From NCBI RefSeq assembly GCF_006345805.1, contig NC_043008.1:12338001-12402000 (forward strand): DNA of 64,000 bases, read 5' to 3'. This document shows, piece by piece, positions 13,569-26,005 of the stretch (the first letter of the stretch is position 1; each line of letters starts with the position of its first letter). This stretch comes from Octopus sinensis (taxonomy: Eukaryota). Under the pieces are notes generated by a model, which did not search any database, was not told where the DNA came from, and worked only from the letters and a program-made list of their open reading frames with translations. The position numbers and the translations under genes are program-made.

Positions 13569-14252
13569 GCTTTAAGAAGATGTGTGACACGTGTGTAAAG
13601 TGCTTTTGTTGTTCTACTTTGAGAGACAATATCACCGTTCAGAAGCACCGTTATTCCTGTCCGTTTATTATCCATTGAATAACAAACAACTTATGACAGC
13701 TGACTTAGATTGATATTGTCACTTGTCAATAAGCATTGAAGAAATGAATTCTGTGAGTTGGTCCTCTGTTTTTTTAATTTTGTCAAGTCTAAAATATGAC
13801 ACAGATTCTATGAGGTTATTTGCTATCAAATTTGACAATTCACTGAAAGTTATAACATTGTTAAGGAAACCTCTTAAGTGTCCATCACATTTTGCTTCAT
13901 ATGGTTTAGATTTTATGTGTTACTAGTTGCATTCATTGGAACGTGGCCATGCTGGAGCACCTCCGTCAAGTGTTTTTCGTTGAATAGAGTACTTCTACTT
14001 CTTGTACTTTCACTTTTGGTTTTGGTAATAATTTTATCGGTCTTTTTATGCTGAACTACTAAGTTACAAAGATGTAATGAAAGGAATATTGGTGATTGGG
14101 AAATAATAGACACAGGTCTGAAGACAGACACACACAGGCACACACATACATACATGCACACACGCATGCACACACACATGTACACACACACATGTACACA
14201 CACACCCATCCTTGCACACACACACAGAGAAACACACACGTATGTCTGTGTG

Positions 14253-14575
14253 AAGGTGCATGGCCAAATGGTTAAGTCATTCAGCTCATGATTGTAAGGC
14301 TGTGAGTTCAATACCAAGTAGTGTGTTGTGTCTTTGAGCAAGACACTTTATTTCATGTTGCTCCAGCCCACACTGCTTGCAAAAATGAGTTGTACCTGTA
14401 TTTGAAAGGGCCAGCCTTGTCTCACTCTGTGTCACACTGAATCTCTCCAAGAACTACATTAAGAGTACACATGTCTGTGGAGTGCTCAGCCACTTGCACG
14501 TTAATTTTACGAGCAGGCTATTCCATTGTTGAAATCAACTGGAACACTTGGCATAACCAATGAAGTGCCAGTGTA
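14253..14575 (+). mobile_element. Family C SINE with tail T1
   Basis: ggtgcatggccaaatggttaag...gtacctgtatttgaaagggccagccttgt...ggaacacttggcataacc. Confidence 0.75.
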
Positions 14576-14739
14576 CATATAGGCATAGGAGCAGCTGTGT
14601 GGTAAGTAGCTTGCTTATGAACCACATGGTTCCGGGTTCAATCTGATATGGCAGTGTTTCTACAGCTGGATACCCATCCTAATGCCAACCACTCCGAGAG
14701 AGTAGCGGGTGCTTTTTACATGCCACCGATACAGAAGCC

Positions 14740-14820
<81 letters not shown>

Positions 14821-14825
<5 letters not shown>

Positions 14826-14876
14826 GGTATGTAAAGACCATTTACGGTACCGTAAATGGTCTTTACATACCGAATA
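14821..14876. repeat. Perfect 56-bp palindrome with no spacer
   Basis: tattcggtatgtaaagaccatttacggt|accgtaaatggtctttacataccgaata. Confidence 0.95.
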
Positions 14877-15857
14877 CTACTTGGTAGAATTTATTAACAA
14901 TTAATTAAGTCTACCCCCTTTTTGATGACTATATATATATATATATATATATATACATGCACATATATAATGTATGTATATATATATATACACACACACA
15001 TATATACATACATATGTATACAGATACACACATATACACACCTATATATACATATACATATATTTAACATTTTACGTCACCTTCCTGTGTTTGCAGAAAG
15101 TATTTATATGCAAATGCGTTGACTGAAATATTTCTATGCATATTCTATATATTGGGCAGGTTCTTACATATACCATTCATTTACAAATGCTTATATATCA
15201 GCGGAAACACATATAAATATACACCCAGACATGCATTCTTCTTTCTTTCTTTCTTTCTTTCTTTCACTCTCTCTTTTTTTTTATATATATATTTCTGGTT
15301 CATTCTCACTCTCTCTCTCTCTCTCATCTGCATATAAAATTCTAAAGTATGTAATTTTTATTCTTGCTGAAAAAAAATCAGTATCTAACTGCAAAGAATT
15401 AATCAATGTGGATAAAAAAAAAATCTACAGCTGGCTTAATAGAAATAGCTCTCTCCCACGGCCCTTCTCCATTAAAAAACTGGTATTATGAGTGTATGGA
15501 CATGTGTGTGTATGTGTGTCTGTGTGTGTGTGCATTAAAATTCCCTCCAAAAGAAATAAATACAACAGCAGTATCATCAATAATATTGATCTGGGGTTTG
15601 TAAACAGAGATCAATAGAGGATGGAAAAATTATTTGATTTTAATACAAACTAAAATGAATTTTTATGCTTAGCTTGCTGCAAACACAGGAAGAAAAAAAT
15701 AGATTTTCATCAAAGCATTTAGGATTTTTGAAAGAGATAAGGGCAAAAAAAAAAAAAAGAAATAGGATGCAAATTTTATTTTTCTAAGTATGATGAAGGC
15801 AGATTGTGATTTTGGCAAGATTTCTAAAATAATGGCAGCATATATATACATATTCAT

Positions 15858-15914
<57 letters not shown>

Positions 15915-15947
15915 ATATATACATATATATACATAAATATATATATG

Positions 15948-15979
<32 letters not shown>

Positions 15980-15981
15980 TA

Positions 15982-16012
<31 letters not shown>

Positions 16013-16184
16013 CATACGCTCACACGCACATATATATACATACATATGTAGACATATATTCACGATTTCTTTCATTTTGTTATTTCTGATTAATGCAAGA
16101 TATTATTATATATTTTGAGAAAATAGCGATGCTTGTCTTCAGAATTTGGTAATGTTATCTTGTTATTGATAGTTGTCAATGCCA

Positions 16185-16540
16185 TGCACTGTGTGATTCC
16201 ATAAAGGTGATACACAAGGGGTTAGCAAGGCAGTCACCCCTTCTGCAAAGCTTACAACATGCTTGACATCACAGCGACCAGTTGGGACAGAAGGGTCGTC
16301 TAGTTGACTGTAGAAGGCAACAGAAGTTGCTTGGTGGTGGTTTGGGACCAAGAGGTGCAAGCCCCTCATGGAGCAAAGCCAGCAAAAGTTGTGTGAATTT
16401 GATCTAAGCCTGGGCTTAATCAGCCCTCTCTGGGACACTTGGGTGAGGGTTCCTGATATTGAAAAGTCTGAAACACCTAATGACCAAAGGAAACATCACT
16501 GAGGATGTGTTCAGGTGCATCACAAGATGATGTACAGAAA
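16185..16540 (+). mobile_element. Decayed C-terminus and 3' UTR of a restriction-like-endonuclease (RLE) non-LTR retrotransposon
   Basis: Translation across frameshifts gives ALCDSIKVIHKGLARQS / CKAYNMLDIT / ATEVAWWWFGTKR, resembling the C.PIEVGCRGF.GQSL..A...LGITG...AEKAS.WLW.KR C-terminus. Confidence 0.45.
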
Positions 16541-16609
16541 AGAAGAACTTTATATTAATATTTGTCTTCCCTGATTAAAGTACAGCCATGGGTTTGTCAT
16601 CATCATGAT

Positions 16610-17235
16610 TGTCATTGCCATCATCATCATCATCGTCACCATCACCAGCATCATTATCATTGTTTAATGTCCATCTTCCATGCATGCATGGGTAGGACGT
16701 TGACAGGAGCCAGCTAGGTAGAAAACTTCCCCAGGTTACTGTGTCTGTTTTGGCAGGGTTTTTATGGCTGGATGCCCTTCATAACACCAACCACCCCACA
16801 GAGTGGACTCAGTGCTTTTTTATGTGGCACTAGCACAGGTATTGTTAGTTTGGCATGATTTTTACAGCTGAATGCCACATTCAGATGGCGCTTTTTACAT
16901 GTCACCAGCATGGGAGCCAGTCAAGCAGTCCTGGCATTGATCACATTTAGATAGTGATTTTTACATGCCACCAACACAGGCGTCAGTCAGCCGGACCTGC
17001 CATTGGCCATATCAGATGATGCATTTTACATACCACCGGAAGAGGAGCCAGTCAAGGGGCACTGGCCACAGCTATGATTTTGGTTTTACTTGACTCAACA
17101 GGTCTTCTCAAGCATCATTAAATAGGTCAGACATGCAACACTGGCATCTCCCATGGCTGCGATCTCACTTCAATTGCTGGGTCTTCTCAAACACAGCGTA
17201 TCTCCAAAGGTCTCAGTCTCCTGTCATTGCATCTA
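16610..17235 (-). mobile_element. Family E 3' fragment
   Basis: Reverse complement of the E terminus, internal repeat units and ORF-end motif gtcttctcaaacacagc. Confidence 0.7.
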
Positions 17236-17316
17236 AAGCTTAAATTGATTGCATATCGTACTTCTGCTTCTGTACAAGCATTTCATTGGATGCTTACACA
17301 TAGAGATGAACATATT

Positions 17317-17772
17317 TATTTCTTTATTGCACACAGGGGGCTAAACATAGAGGGGACAAACAAGGACAGACAATGGGATTAAGTTGATTACATTGACTCC
17401 AATGGTACTTATTTAATTGACTCTGAAAGGGTTTTTTCTACTCTAAGCACAAGGCCCGACATTTTTGGGAAGGGAGCCAGTTGATTAGATCATCCCCAGT
17501 ATGCAACTGGTACCTAATTCATCAACCCCGAAAGAATGAAAGGCAAAGTCGAACTTGAACTCAGAACATAAATACAAACGAAATACTGCAAAGCATTTCG
17601 CCCGGCATGCTAATGTTTCTGCCAGCTCACCGCCTTAAAGGATGACCCTGAAAGGATGAAAGATGAAGTCGACCTCGGTGGAGTTTGAACTCAGAATAAA
17701 ATACCGGTAGACGAAATACCGCTGAGAATTTCACCCGGCATGCTAACGATTATGCCAGCTTGCTACCTTTAG
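17317..17772 (-). mobile_element. Cluster of family B segments, including two head regions and both tail variants
   Basis: Repeated gaaaggatgaaag..aagtcgac...gaactcagaa motifs. Confidence 0.7.
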
Positions 17773-18119
17773 AGATGAACATATTGCAAACATTAGAACA
17801 CTAGGCCGCTATGTGCTTCCATACCTATTTGCAAAGTTCAGGAAGAACAGTTTTGCCCTGTTCATAAGTTAGTAATCCATACCCCTACCCTTGAATGCTA
17901 TACTTATTTATCCAGCACTGCAGTCACTACTAGTATGTAGGTTAATTTAAAGGTCTCTATTTTTGAAGAGGCAGGAGAAGTCATAATCAGCCCATCTGTT
18001 CCACCTTGAGAGATTACCTATACATTGTATTTGCTTCTTTTTTCTTTTCCTTCATGAACATGTGCACATGTATACACATGTTGCCATGTCTGTATGTGTG
18101 TACATACACATCCAGTGAG

Positions 18120-18165
<46 letters not shown>

Positions 18166-18211
18166 GTATATGTGTATTATATAATATATATATATTATAT
18201 ATACATATATA

Positions 18212-18418
18212 TGCCTCGTCTGGCACCTATGTCGGTGGCACATAAAATCACCCACTACACTCTCGGAGTGGTTGGCGTTAGGAAGGGCATCCAGCTGTAG
18301 AAACACTGCCATATCTGACTGGCCTGGTGCAGCCTTCGGGCTTGCCAGACCCCAGTTGAACCGTCCAACCCATGCTAGCATGGAAAGCGGACGTTAAACG
18401 ATGATGATGATGATGATG

Positions 18419-18425
<7 letters not shown>
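18212..18425 (+). mobile_element. Short family E 3' end
   Basis: gtggcacataaaatcacccactacactctcggagtgg...catggaaagcggacgttaaacgatgatgat. Confidence 0.8.
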
Positions 18426-18457
<32 letters not shown>

Positions 18458-18514
18458 TTATATACATATGTGTGTGTGTATGTATATATATATATATGTA
18501 TGTATGTATATGGA

Positions 18515-19281
18515 CATAAGAAGCATCGGATGTGGCATGCAAAAAAGATGTTTGTGCTGGTATGGTCATGTACAACGGATGGATGAGGAGAGATGTGTGA
18601 AGAAGTGCTACTCGCAAACAGTTGAAGGAATCTGGGGTAGAGGTAGACCCAGGAAGACATGGGATGAGGTGGTCAAGCTTGACCGCTAAACGTTGGGCCT
18701 CACAGAGGCAATTATGAAAGACCTAGACCTCTGGAGATATGCTGTGCCCGTGAAGACCTGACAAATAAAGTGAGTTCATAGCTGTATCCTACACCAGATT
18801 TGCATAACCAGCCCCAGCCCATTCAAAAGTACCTTGGATCATTGGGCATCCAGCTATGCTTACCTTGGATTGTAGGGTGACCTGCTGTGCTTAAGGAGAC
18901 TTATTGTGTCAAGTACATCAACATCAAAATAAAAATCAAATGGAAATTATAGTTGTGACACCCGTGCCGGTGGCACATAAAAAGCACCTTCTGAACATGG
19001 GCGATGGCAGTGCTGCATTGACTGGCTTCTATGCCAGTGGCATGTAAAAAGAAACAGCCAATCAATGGCCGTTGCCAGCCTCCTCAGGCCCCTGTACCGG
19101 TGGCATGTAAAAAGCATCCACTACACTCACAGAGTTGTTGGCATTAGGAAGGGCATCCAGCTGTAGAAACACTGCCAGATCAGATTGGAGTCTGGTGCAG
19201 CCTCCTGGCTTCCCAGGCCCCGGTCGAACCGTCCAATCCAAGCTAGCATAGAAAAGGGACATTAAACGATGATAATGATGA

Positions 19282-19285
<4 letters not shown>
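18515..19285 (+). mobile_element. Longest copy of an RTE-like LINE 3' end ('family E'): ORF C-terminus, 3' UTR, (GAT)n tail
   Basis: Translates RCLCWYGHVQRMDEERCVKKCYSQTVEGIWGRGRPRKTWDEVVK. The UTR has repeated gtggcac(a/g)taaaaagcacc units and ends ggacattaaacgatgat. Confidence 0.8.
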
Positions 19286-19312
<27 letters not shown>

Positions 19313-20723
19313 TCTTTTATTGTTTATGTGCTTCAGCCAGGTGGCTGTGGTCATGTTGGAGCACCCTAGGCACAAGGCTTAGATTTGCCCATGTGGTTTG
19401 GAACCAAACTTCTTACCACACAGCCACGTCTGTACTTATATGTGTGTGTGATTGTGTGTGTTTTTAATTATATGCTTTTGCACCTTTGTTTACGACAAGA
19501 AACCATATATTTTAAATCCGTTGTTTGTAAAGAGATTGCTTTAGAAGTAGTTTTATTTAAATTTTCATTGACATAACTCTGGTTTTTAGATGGCGAATAA
19601 CTAATTTTTTTTATATGTTATTTATGCGTCTATTATTTTTGTCTGTTTTTTATTTTGTTTGTTTCCTCTCTGATTTTTCTGTTTTCATACATCAACTTTT
19701 TCTTTAGGAAACATAAAATAATGACTGTAAAAATACATAACACCGCCTGATAGAAAAGATGTAAAGAAAAACACATAGAAATGCAATGAAAATAATTGAA
19801 AAAAAAAAGGACAATTATTTCATTGTCATCGTTTATAATTTTAAAAAAAACAGACATTGATTTTTGTAAAGCATTTGTGTTTTTATTATACCTTTTGATA
19901 CTTCCTTGTCACTGAAGCTTCTCAAGGAAATAATCCATATGTTATCACCGAACCTTATAAAGTTTATTCTTACCAATGAAATTTCAAGAAATAATCTGAA
20001 AGTTGAATTAAAAAAGCAACAACAAAACGATAAACTAGAACCGCGATAGAGAAAAATATACAGGAAGCTTTATCTGATAAGAAACACTTTGGAAATAATT
20101 ACAGGAAGTATAGCAGCTACATGGAGTTTATTTAGCTAATGCATTACTTTTAACTGTGCCAAAATCAATATTAACAAAACGTGAATCTTGGAAGTAAGAA
20201 TTAAAAAAGAGGAAAATGTGCCATGGGGTAATGAGAGAGTTGGTAGTTGGTAGCAGATAGTAAGGAATGGTAGGTAGATAGGTCGGTAGAGTAGACTTTG
20301 GAACATGTTGTGTTATATTGTAACATCAAAATAAAGTAGGTGAATATGAAATGAATGTCGTATTCATATCGTTAAATAATTCGGCAATATTGAAATAAAG
20401 TTGTTGTATAGTCTGTATTGGATTTATTTCGGAGCATAAAGCATATAACATAATCAGCGCGTGTTTTCAATGATTCGATTATAAATAAATTCAAGTGAAA
20501 AAATCTTCTTGTTCATTGTATGGATATACCTGAAGCAGAAATGATATCAGGTCGAGGGGGAAAAACAAAAAGAAAAATAATTTTAAATAAAGAAAAAAAA
20601 TCAAACTGACAAAAGGTGTGCGTTTGTGTTTATGTACTGTATATATTGAAGAAAATATTTACTTATTATTGTGTGTGTTGTGTGTGTGTGTGTGTGTATG
20701 TATGTAGATGCATATATATATAT

Positions 20724-20756
<33 letters not shown>

Positions 20757-20757
20757 G

Positions 20758-20805
<48 letters not shown>

Positions 20806-20829
20806 CACATATATAAATATATATATATA

Positions 20830-20872
<43 letters not shown>

Positions 20873-21513
20873 AGATAAATAAATAGACAGATAGATAGAT
20901 AGATAGATAAATAGCCAGATAATAGATAGATAGATAGCCAGATAATAGATAGATAGATAGATTGGTTGATAGGTAAATAGGATTTATATGCTATCAGCAA
21001 AACCCTAATCAATTTTTGAAATATTATTATAGATGTATTTATGATAGCACTTTCTTCCAATATTCAATTGCGTAGACTCTTTCATAATTCAGATCACTCC
21101 AAATATGATAATTCCTTTTGATTCATAAAAATATTCATATCAAAGTAGGCCTCCATGTGTGTGTGTGTGTGTGTATGAATATTTCTCAATTTTTATTAAC
21201 AAGTTTGCAGGGTAATTTGAGAGAAAGAGCTGAATGTTTATCCGGACATGTGAAAAAAGTAGCTGCCTATATTTACTATGTAAAATTTTTATAAGATCTT
21301 AAATATTATGTTAACTATTAATTAATGATGTTTGTGTGCATACATATGAATGTGTGCGTATGTGTGTGCACGAGCATGAGTGTGTGTGTTTGCTTAGTTT
21401 TACTGTCAAAAAAATCTATGCGTTGTTAATTTAGAATTAACTAAATAGAAAATTTAATGTTAGAGCTCAGCTCAGCACATTCATGCATAAATATCTCCTT
21501 AATAAGAGAAGTG

Positions 21514-21790
21514 GAATTATGTACATTATTTACATTTGACAGAAATTTGTCCTCATCTTGTTTGTTGTTAACACAACGTTTCAGCTGATATATTCTCCAG
21601 CCTTCATCAGGTGTCTTGGGGAAATTTCGAACCTGGGTTCTCATTCCTAAGGTATTTTTCGATGTTGTTATTATTATTATTATTAATATTATTATTAATA
21701 TTATTATTATTATTCAGGTCACTGCTTGGAATCAAACTTGGAATCAAACTTGGAATCTTAGGGTTAGTAGCCCGTGCTCTTAACCACTAC
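21514..21790 (-). mobile_element. Second copy of the same tRNA-headed, hammerhead-bearing element, inverted and slightly 5'-truncated
   Basis: Its reverse complement matches 21797-22165 along head, spacer, body and tail. Has an internal cttggaatcaaa tandem duplication near 21725-21760. Confidence 0.8.
21571..21614 (-). ncRNA. Minimal hammerhead fold in the inverted copy
   Basis: Minus strand reads acac-CTGATGA-a-ggctgg-agaatata-tcagct-GAAAC-GTT-gtgt. Confidence 0.55.
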
Positions 21791-21796
21791 ATCCAC

Positions 21797-21949
21797 GGGC
21801 ATATGGCATAGTGGTTAAGAGCGTGGCTACTAACCTCAAGATTCTGAGTTCGACTCCAGGCAGGCAATAACCTGAATAATGATAATAATTATAATTATAA
21901 TAATAATAATAATAATAATAATAACATCAACAACAACAACAACAAGATC

Positions 21950-21982
<33 letters not shown>

Positions 21983-22165
21983 AATGGTAATAATAATAAT
22001 ATCGGAAAAATACCTTAGGAGTGAGAACCCAGCTTCGAAATTCCCCCGTGACACCTGATGAAGGCTGGAGGGTATATCAGCTGAAACGTTGTGTTTACAA
22101 CAAACAAGACGAGGATACATATCCGTCAAATGTAAATAATGTAAATAATGTAAATAATGTAAATA
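21797..22165 (+). mobile_element. tRNA-headed SINE-like element with (AAT/AAC)n spacer, hammerhead-like 3' region and (ATGTAAATA)n tail; right member of a head-to-head pair
   Basis: A-box TGGCATAGTGG at 21804-21814 and B-box GAGTTCGACTCC at 21846-21857, then the microsatellite, CTGATGA...GAAAC at 22055-22087 and a 9-bp tail repeat at 22130-22165. Confidence 0.8.
22051..22094 (+). ncRNA. Minimal type I hammerhead ribozyme fold (Penelope-associated type); predicted cleavage after GUU at 22090
   Basis: Stem I acac/gtgt; core CUGAUGA plus one extra A; stem II ggctgg/tcagct with two G-U pairs; GAAA; palindromic ACGU helix III that could only form in a dimer. Activity untested. Confidence 0.6.
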
Positions 22166-23145
22166 TCTCCTTATATTTTAGTTTTCCTTAATACACACAG
22201 AAGGGCATGCACATCCATAAACACACACACACACACACACATCATTTAATGTACACTGTATTAAAATAAAACCTACTAATAATCTCTCCCCATTGAGACT
22301 CATGGTCAAGCAAATTGTTATAAATATTCTGCCAGTCTTATGTCCAGACTGACTGGATCAAGCCTCTCACACCTACCCGACAATATCATTCTAGAAACAA
22401 ACAATGATACCATTGGAATCTTGAAGCTATGAGATAATACATGATTAATTCTAAACAATGTGAATAGGTAAGAATTACATTCAACAGGGTAATCATCATC
22501 ATCATCATCGTCGTCGTCATCACCGTCATCATTTAATGCCTGCTTTCCGCTGGAACTGGTAAGCCGGAGAGCCGCCCCAGGTTCCTGTCTGATTTAGCAT
22601 GGTCTTTATGACTGGATGCCGTTCCTAACGCCGACCTCTCCAAGAGAGTGTAATGGGTGCTTTTTACATGATACCAGCATGGGATATGAATGTTTAATGG
22701 TTAAATGTATGAATTCTCTTTGATCTTTATGGAGAATGTTTCTGATGAAAGACTTCAGAATCTGAAGACATCAAACATTCGGAAAAGATAAATGTTTTCC
22801 ATACTTTTTTTTCAAGTCAAAACAACGCAAGTGATAAGAAATAATACACTTTGATGGCTTGTTCTTTCATCTTGCGTTTTAGCATTTTGCTGTTAAAATT
22901 CTTCAGGAAATTTTTAAAGATATGGTGCTTTGAGCTGACTTACTTGTTGTGTGTTGTGCGTACACTCATGACAGACCAGGTGAAGTCAGTTCACAATTCT
23001 ACATCCTGGCCTTGAGGTGTTGAAATACAAGGTAAAAGTACTCACCGTCACCTTGAGTTATTTCTTATAATTTATATTGTTTTGGCTGTGAAAAGTAAAA
23101 GCAAAAAACAAAAAAAAATCTGTGTAACAGCTAGATACTTTATTT

Positions 23146-23372
23146 CTTTATTTCCCACAAGTGGCTAAACACAGAGGGGACAAACAAGGACAGAAAAATG
23201 GATCAAGTCGATTAGATCGACCCCAGTGCGTATCTGGTACTTATTTAATCGACTCCGAAAGGATGAAAGGCAAAGTCAACCCCGGTGGAATTTGAACTCA
23301 GAACATACTGGCAGACGAAATCCTGTTAAGCATTTTGCCTGGTGTGCTAACGTTTCTGCCAGCTCGCCGCCT
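23146..23372 (-). mobile_element. Family B SINE
   Basis: Same modules as 3886-4115. Confidence 0.8.
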
Positions 23373-25675
23373 TAACAGCTAGATACTTGTTTGTTGTTGT
23401 TATTTGTTCCTTCTCAAGCCATGCCTGACTCATAAGGGCCAGTTTCACAGTTTCCTTGGCATATAAGTTCCCGACTTGGATGGGACGCCAGTCCATTGCA
23501 GGTGAGCTGCAAGATGCAGGAGGAAAGAGAAAGTTGTGGTGAAAGAGTCAGCAGAAGTTCGCCATTACCTTCTGCCGGAGCCGTGTGGAGCTTAGGTGTC
23601 TGAGAAAATTTGGTTTAAATGTTTGGCAACTCAGCACCATCCACTGGACGGGGGTGGGCTTTTTTGCTTGTCGGAAATAGCCAACAGCAAATGTCATTAT
23701 GTTTGACAATAAATATCAAATTAAATATTTGTGTGTTTTTTCTTTAGTCATTATCACAGCCAATAACGACATCCACATGTTAATTATGTAACGTTAACGA
23801 AGCCATTCAGTTTGGTAATGACAAAGTTTAATTTTTATCTTCATTGGCCTGATCAACTCAAGCAACAAACCCTTCATAACATCTGTATCAGCCAATGCTT
23901 CAAGCAAACTACACAACTTTGAAAAGAGTCGATATCATAGTTTAAGAATTAATTAACATAAATTAATAACATGCTTAACATAATCTATGATATACTCAAC
24001 AATTTATCTTTATAGGTTACCATACTACTGTTATAGCACAACTTTCTGTTGTCTTCTGTTGATGATACAATTAGACTGCATCACCTTATTTTTAACTTAA
24101 TTGTAACGAATGTGCTGAAAGATCAGAGAGAGAAAAAATAATGATAGATTACATTAAAACACAAACACATACATGCAAATGCGCACGTACGCATACACAC
24201 ACAGAGAAACAGCAGACAAGTAGTGGAAAAAAATTAGGAATGGTGTAAAAGAAAAATATTAAAGAAATAATTGAATGTGTTAAATTAGTGACACATGTCA
24301 AAGACAGAAAAATAACTGACAATTCTATTAACATAGACACACATTAAGTATTAAATAAATATATTTTCTCAGCAAATGACAGGAAAAGGAACTGAAGAAT
24401 TTCTGTGAAGACTGCGAATGTTTTTATTGATGCACAAGCATGGCTGTGTGGTTAAGAAGCTTACTTCCTAACCATGTAGTCTTATGTTCGATCCCACTGT
24501 GTGTCACCTTGGGCAAGTGTCTTCTGATATAGTCCCCAAAGCCTTATGATTGAATGTGGTAGACAGTAGACAGAAAGTGCTCACATACTATGAATCCACA
24601 AACATCTTCCTATTTTACAAGAATGAAGGGCAAGGTAAAAGGAATTCACAGTTGAGCATAACATATGTACATTCCCATCATCAGCTGCCCAATCAGATAT
24701 CATTATGGTTTCAACACCTGGGCAAAACCACTCATTGACCTTCATATACTAATAACTGTTTGGTTCATTTACGTTTAGCTTTCTATAAAAGCATAATTTG
24801 TGGCATATGAGTGGTGTGGCATTTCTGAGATTGTATTTTATTGCTCCATGATCTCCTTGTTGCCAACCATTACTTGTTTTACAAATAAAGTATTTTTCAA
24901 TCCACTACTCTGAGAGCATGAGGGTTAAAAGCACTAATGCTTATTATGAAGAAACAGAGATGACAACTTTCATGTAAACAGGTGTGCATGCACGCACACA
25001 CACACACACACTCACACACACTCACTCAGATATATGTTCACATACACACACATATATGCTCTCACATACAAGCACATTCATTTTCTGTTGTTAAAAACAT
25101 TGTGAAGACGTGCACAATTTGCCTCAAAATAAATATGGCACTGAAAAATTTCTGTTGGCGCGATCTTCCCTTGGTGCCCTAAACAGGTGCTTATTTTGGA
25201 TAATGATTAATCCAACCCTGCACAATATTTATTTATTTACTTACTTGTTTCGGTCATTTGACTGCAGCCATGTTGGAGCACCACCTTTTGTCAAACAAAT
25301 CGACCCCAGGACTTATTCTTTGTAATCCTTATACTTATTCTATTGGCCTCTTTTGCCAAACTGCTTTGTTTTAGTCGGTCCTTCATATTTTAAGATGGTG
25401 GAATGTCATTTGATGGGCATTCAGCTACTTTTTTTTGCAGGTCAAATGACCACATAAATACTCTCTTGTTAACTCCTGTTCCTTTTTTCTTTAACCCTTT
25501 ATCATTTAAACCAGCCATATCTGATCAAAATATTCTGCTAACTGTATCTTCAAACTGACCAGATCCTACCCATCACACTTACCCTACAATACCATTGTAA
25601 AAATAAGCCATCACATCATCGAAATCTTAAAGCTATGAGATAATGCATTATTAATTGAAAACAATGTGAATAAAT

Positions 25676-26005
25676 TACGGAGATGTACTTGCATAGCAAG
25701 TGACCTGATCTGAGATCGTGTGCTGGAACGAAAACAATTGCAGCGTGGAAGGTGTTTGTAAGCCATTTAAGAAACACACAAAAGCCGTTCGATTCACTTC
25801 AACATTTAAGTTTAATTTGTCAAAATATTTTCGTCGTTTTAAGACCTCGACCTGTTCATTGACAAAAATCCGTGCTGCATCTCTGTACTCAGATGCAGCA
25901 CGGATTTTTGTCAGTGAACAGGTCGCGGTCTTAAGGTGACGAAAATATTTTGACAAATTAAACTTAAATGTTGAAGGGAATCGAACGGCTTTTGTGTGTT
26001 TCTTA
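25676..26005. mobile_element. Foldback insertion (119-bp arms 25764-25882 and 25891-26009) with a 13-bp target-site duplication; probable Penelope-like pseudo-LTR derivative
   Basis: AATGTGAATAAAT occurs at 25663-25675 and 26006-26018. The arms are near-perfect inverted repeats around an 8-nt loop. It interrupts a TTAA-CCC MITE. Confidence 0.75.
25907..25957 (+). ncRNA. Variant minimal hammerhead fold with a G3-C8 compensatory core; predicted cleavage after 25950
   Basis: Stem I tttgtca/tgacaaa (7 bp, perfect); core GUGAACA plus extra G; stem II gtcgc/gtgac; GAAA; palindromic AAUAUU helix III; UUU triplet. Confidence 0.5.

Noticed and set aside
21797-21870. tRNA gene-like sequences (also the heads of families A-D)
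   Set aside because: A and B boxes are present, but acceptor stems are incomplete and each runs into repeat bodies, so they are SINE heads rather than tRNA genes.
22734-22780. Small hairpin containing CTGATGA
   Set aside because: It has no GAAA at the correct position and no stem I/III topology; probably chance or fully decayed.
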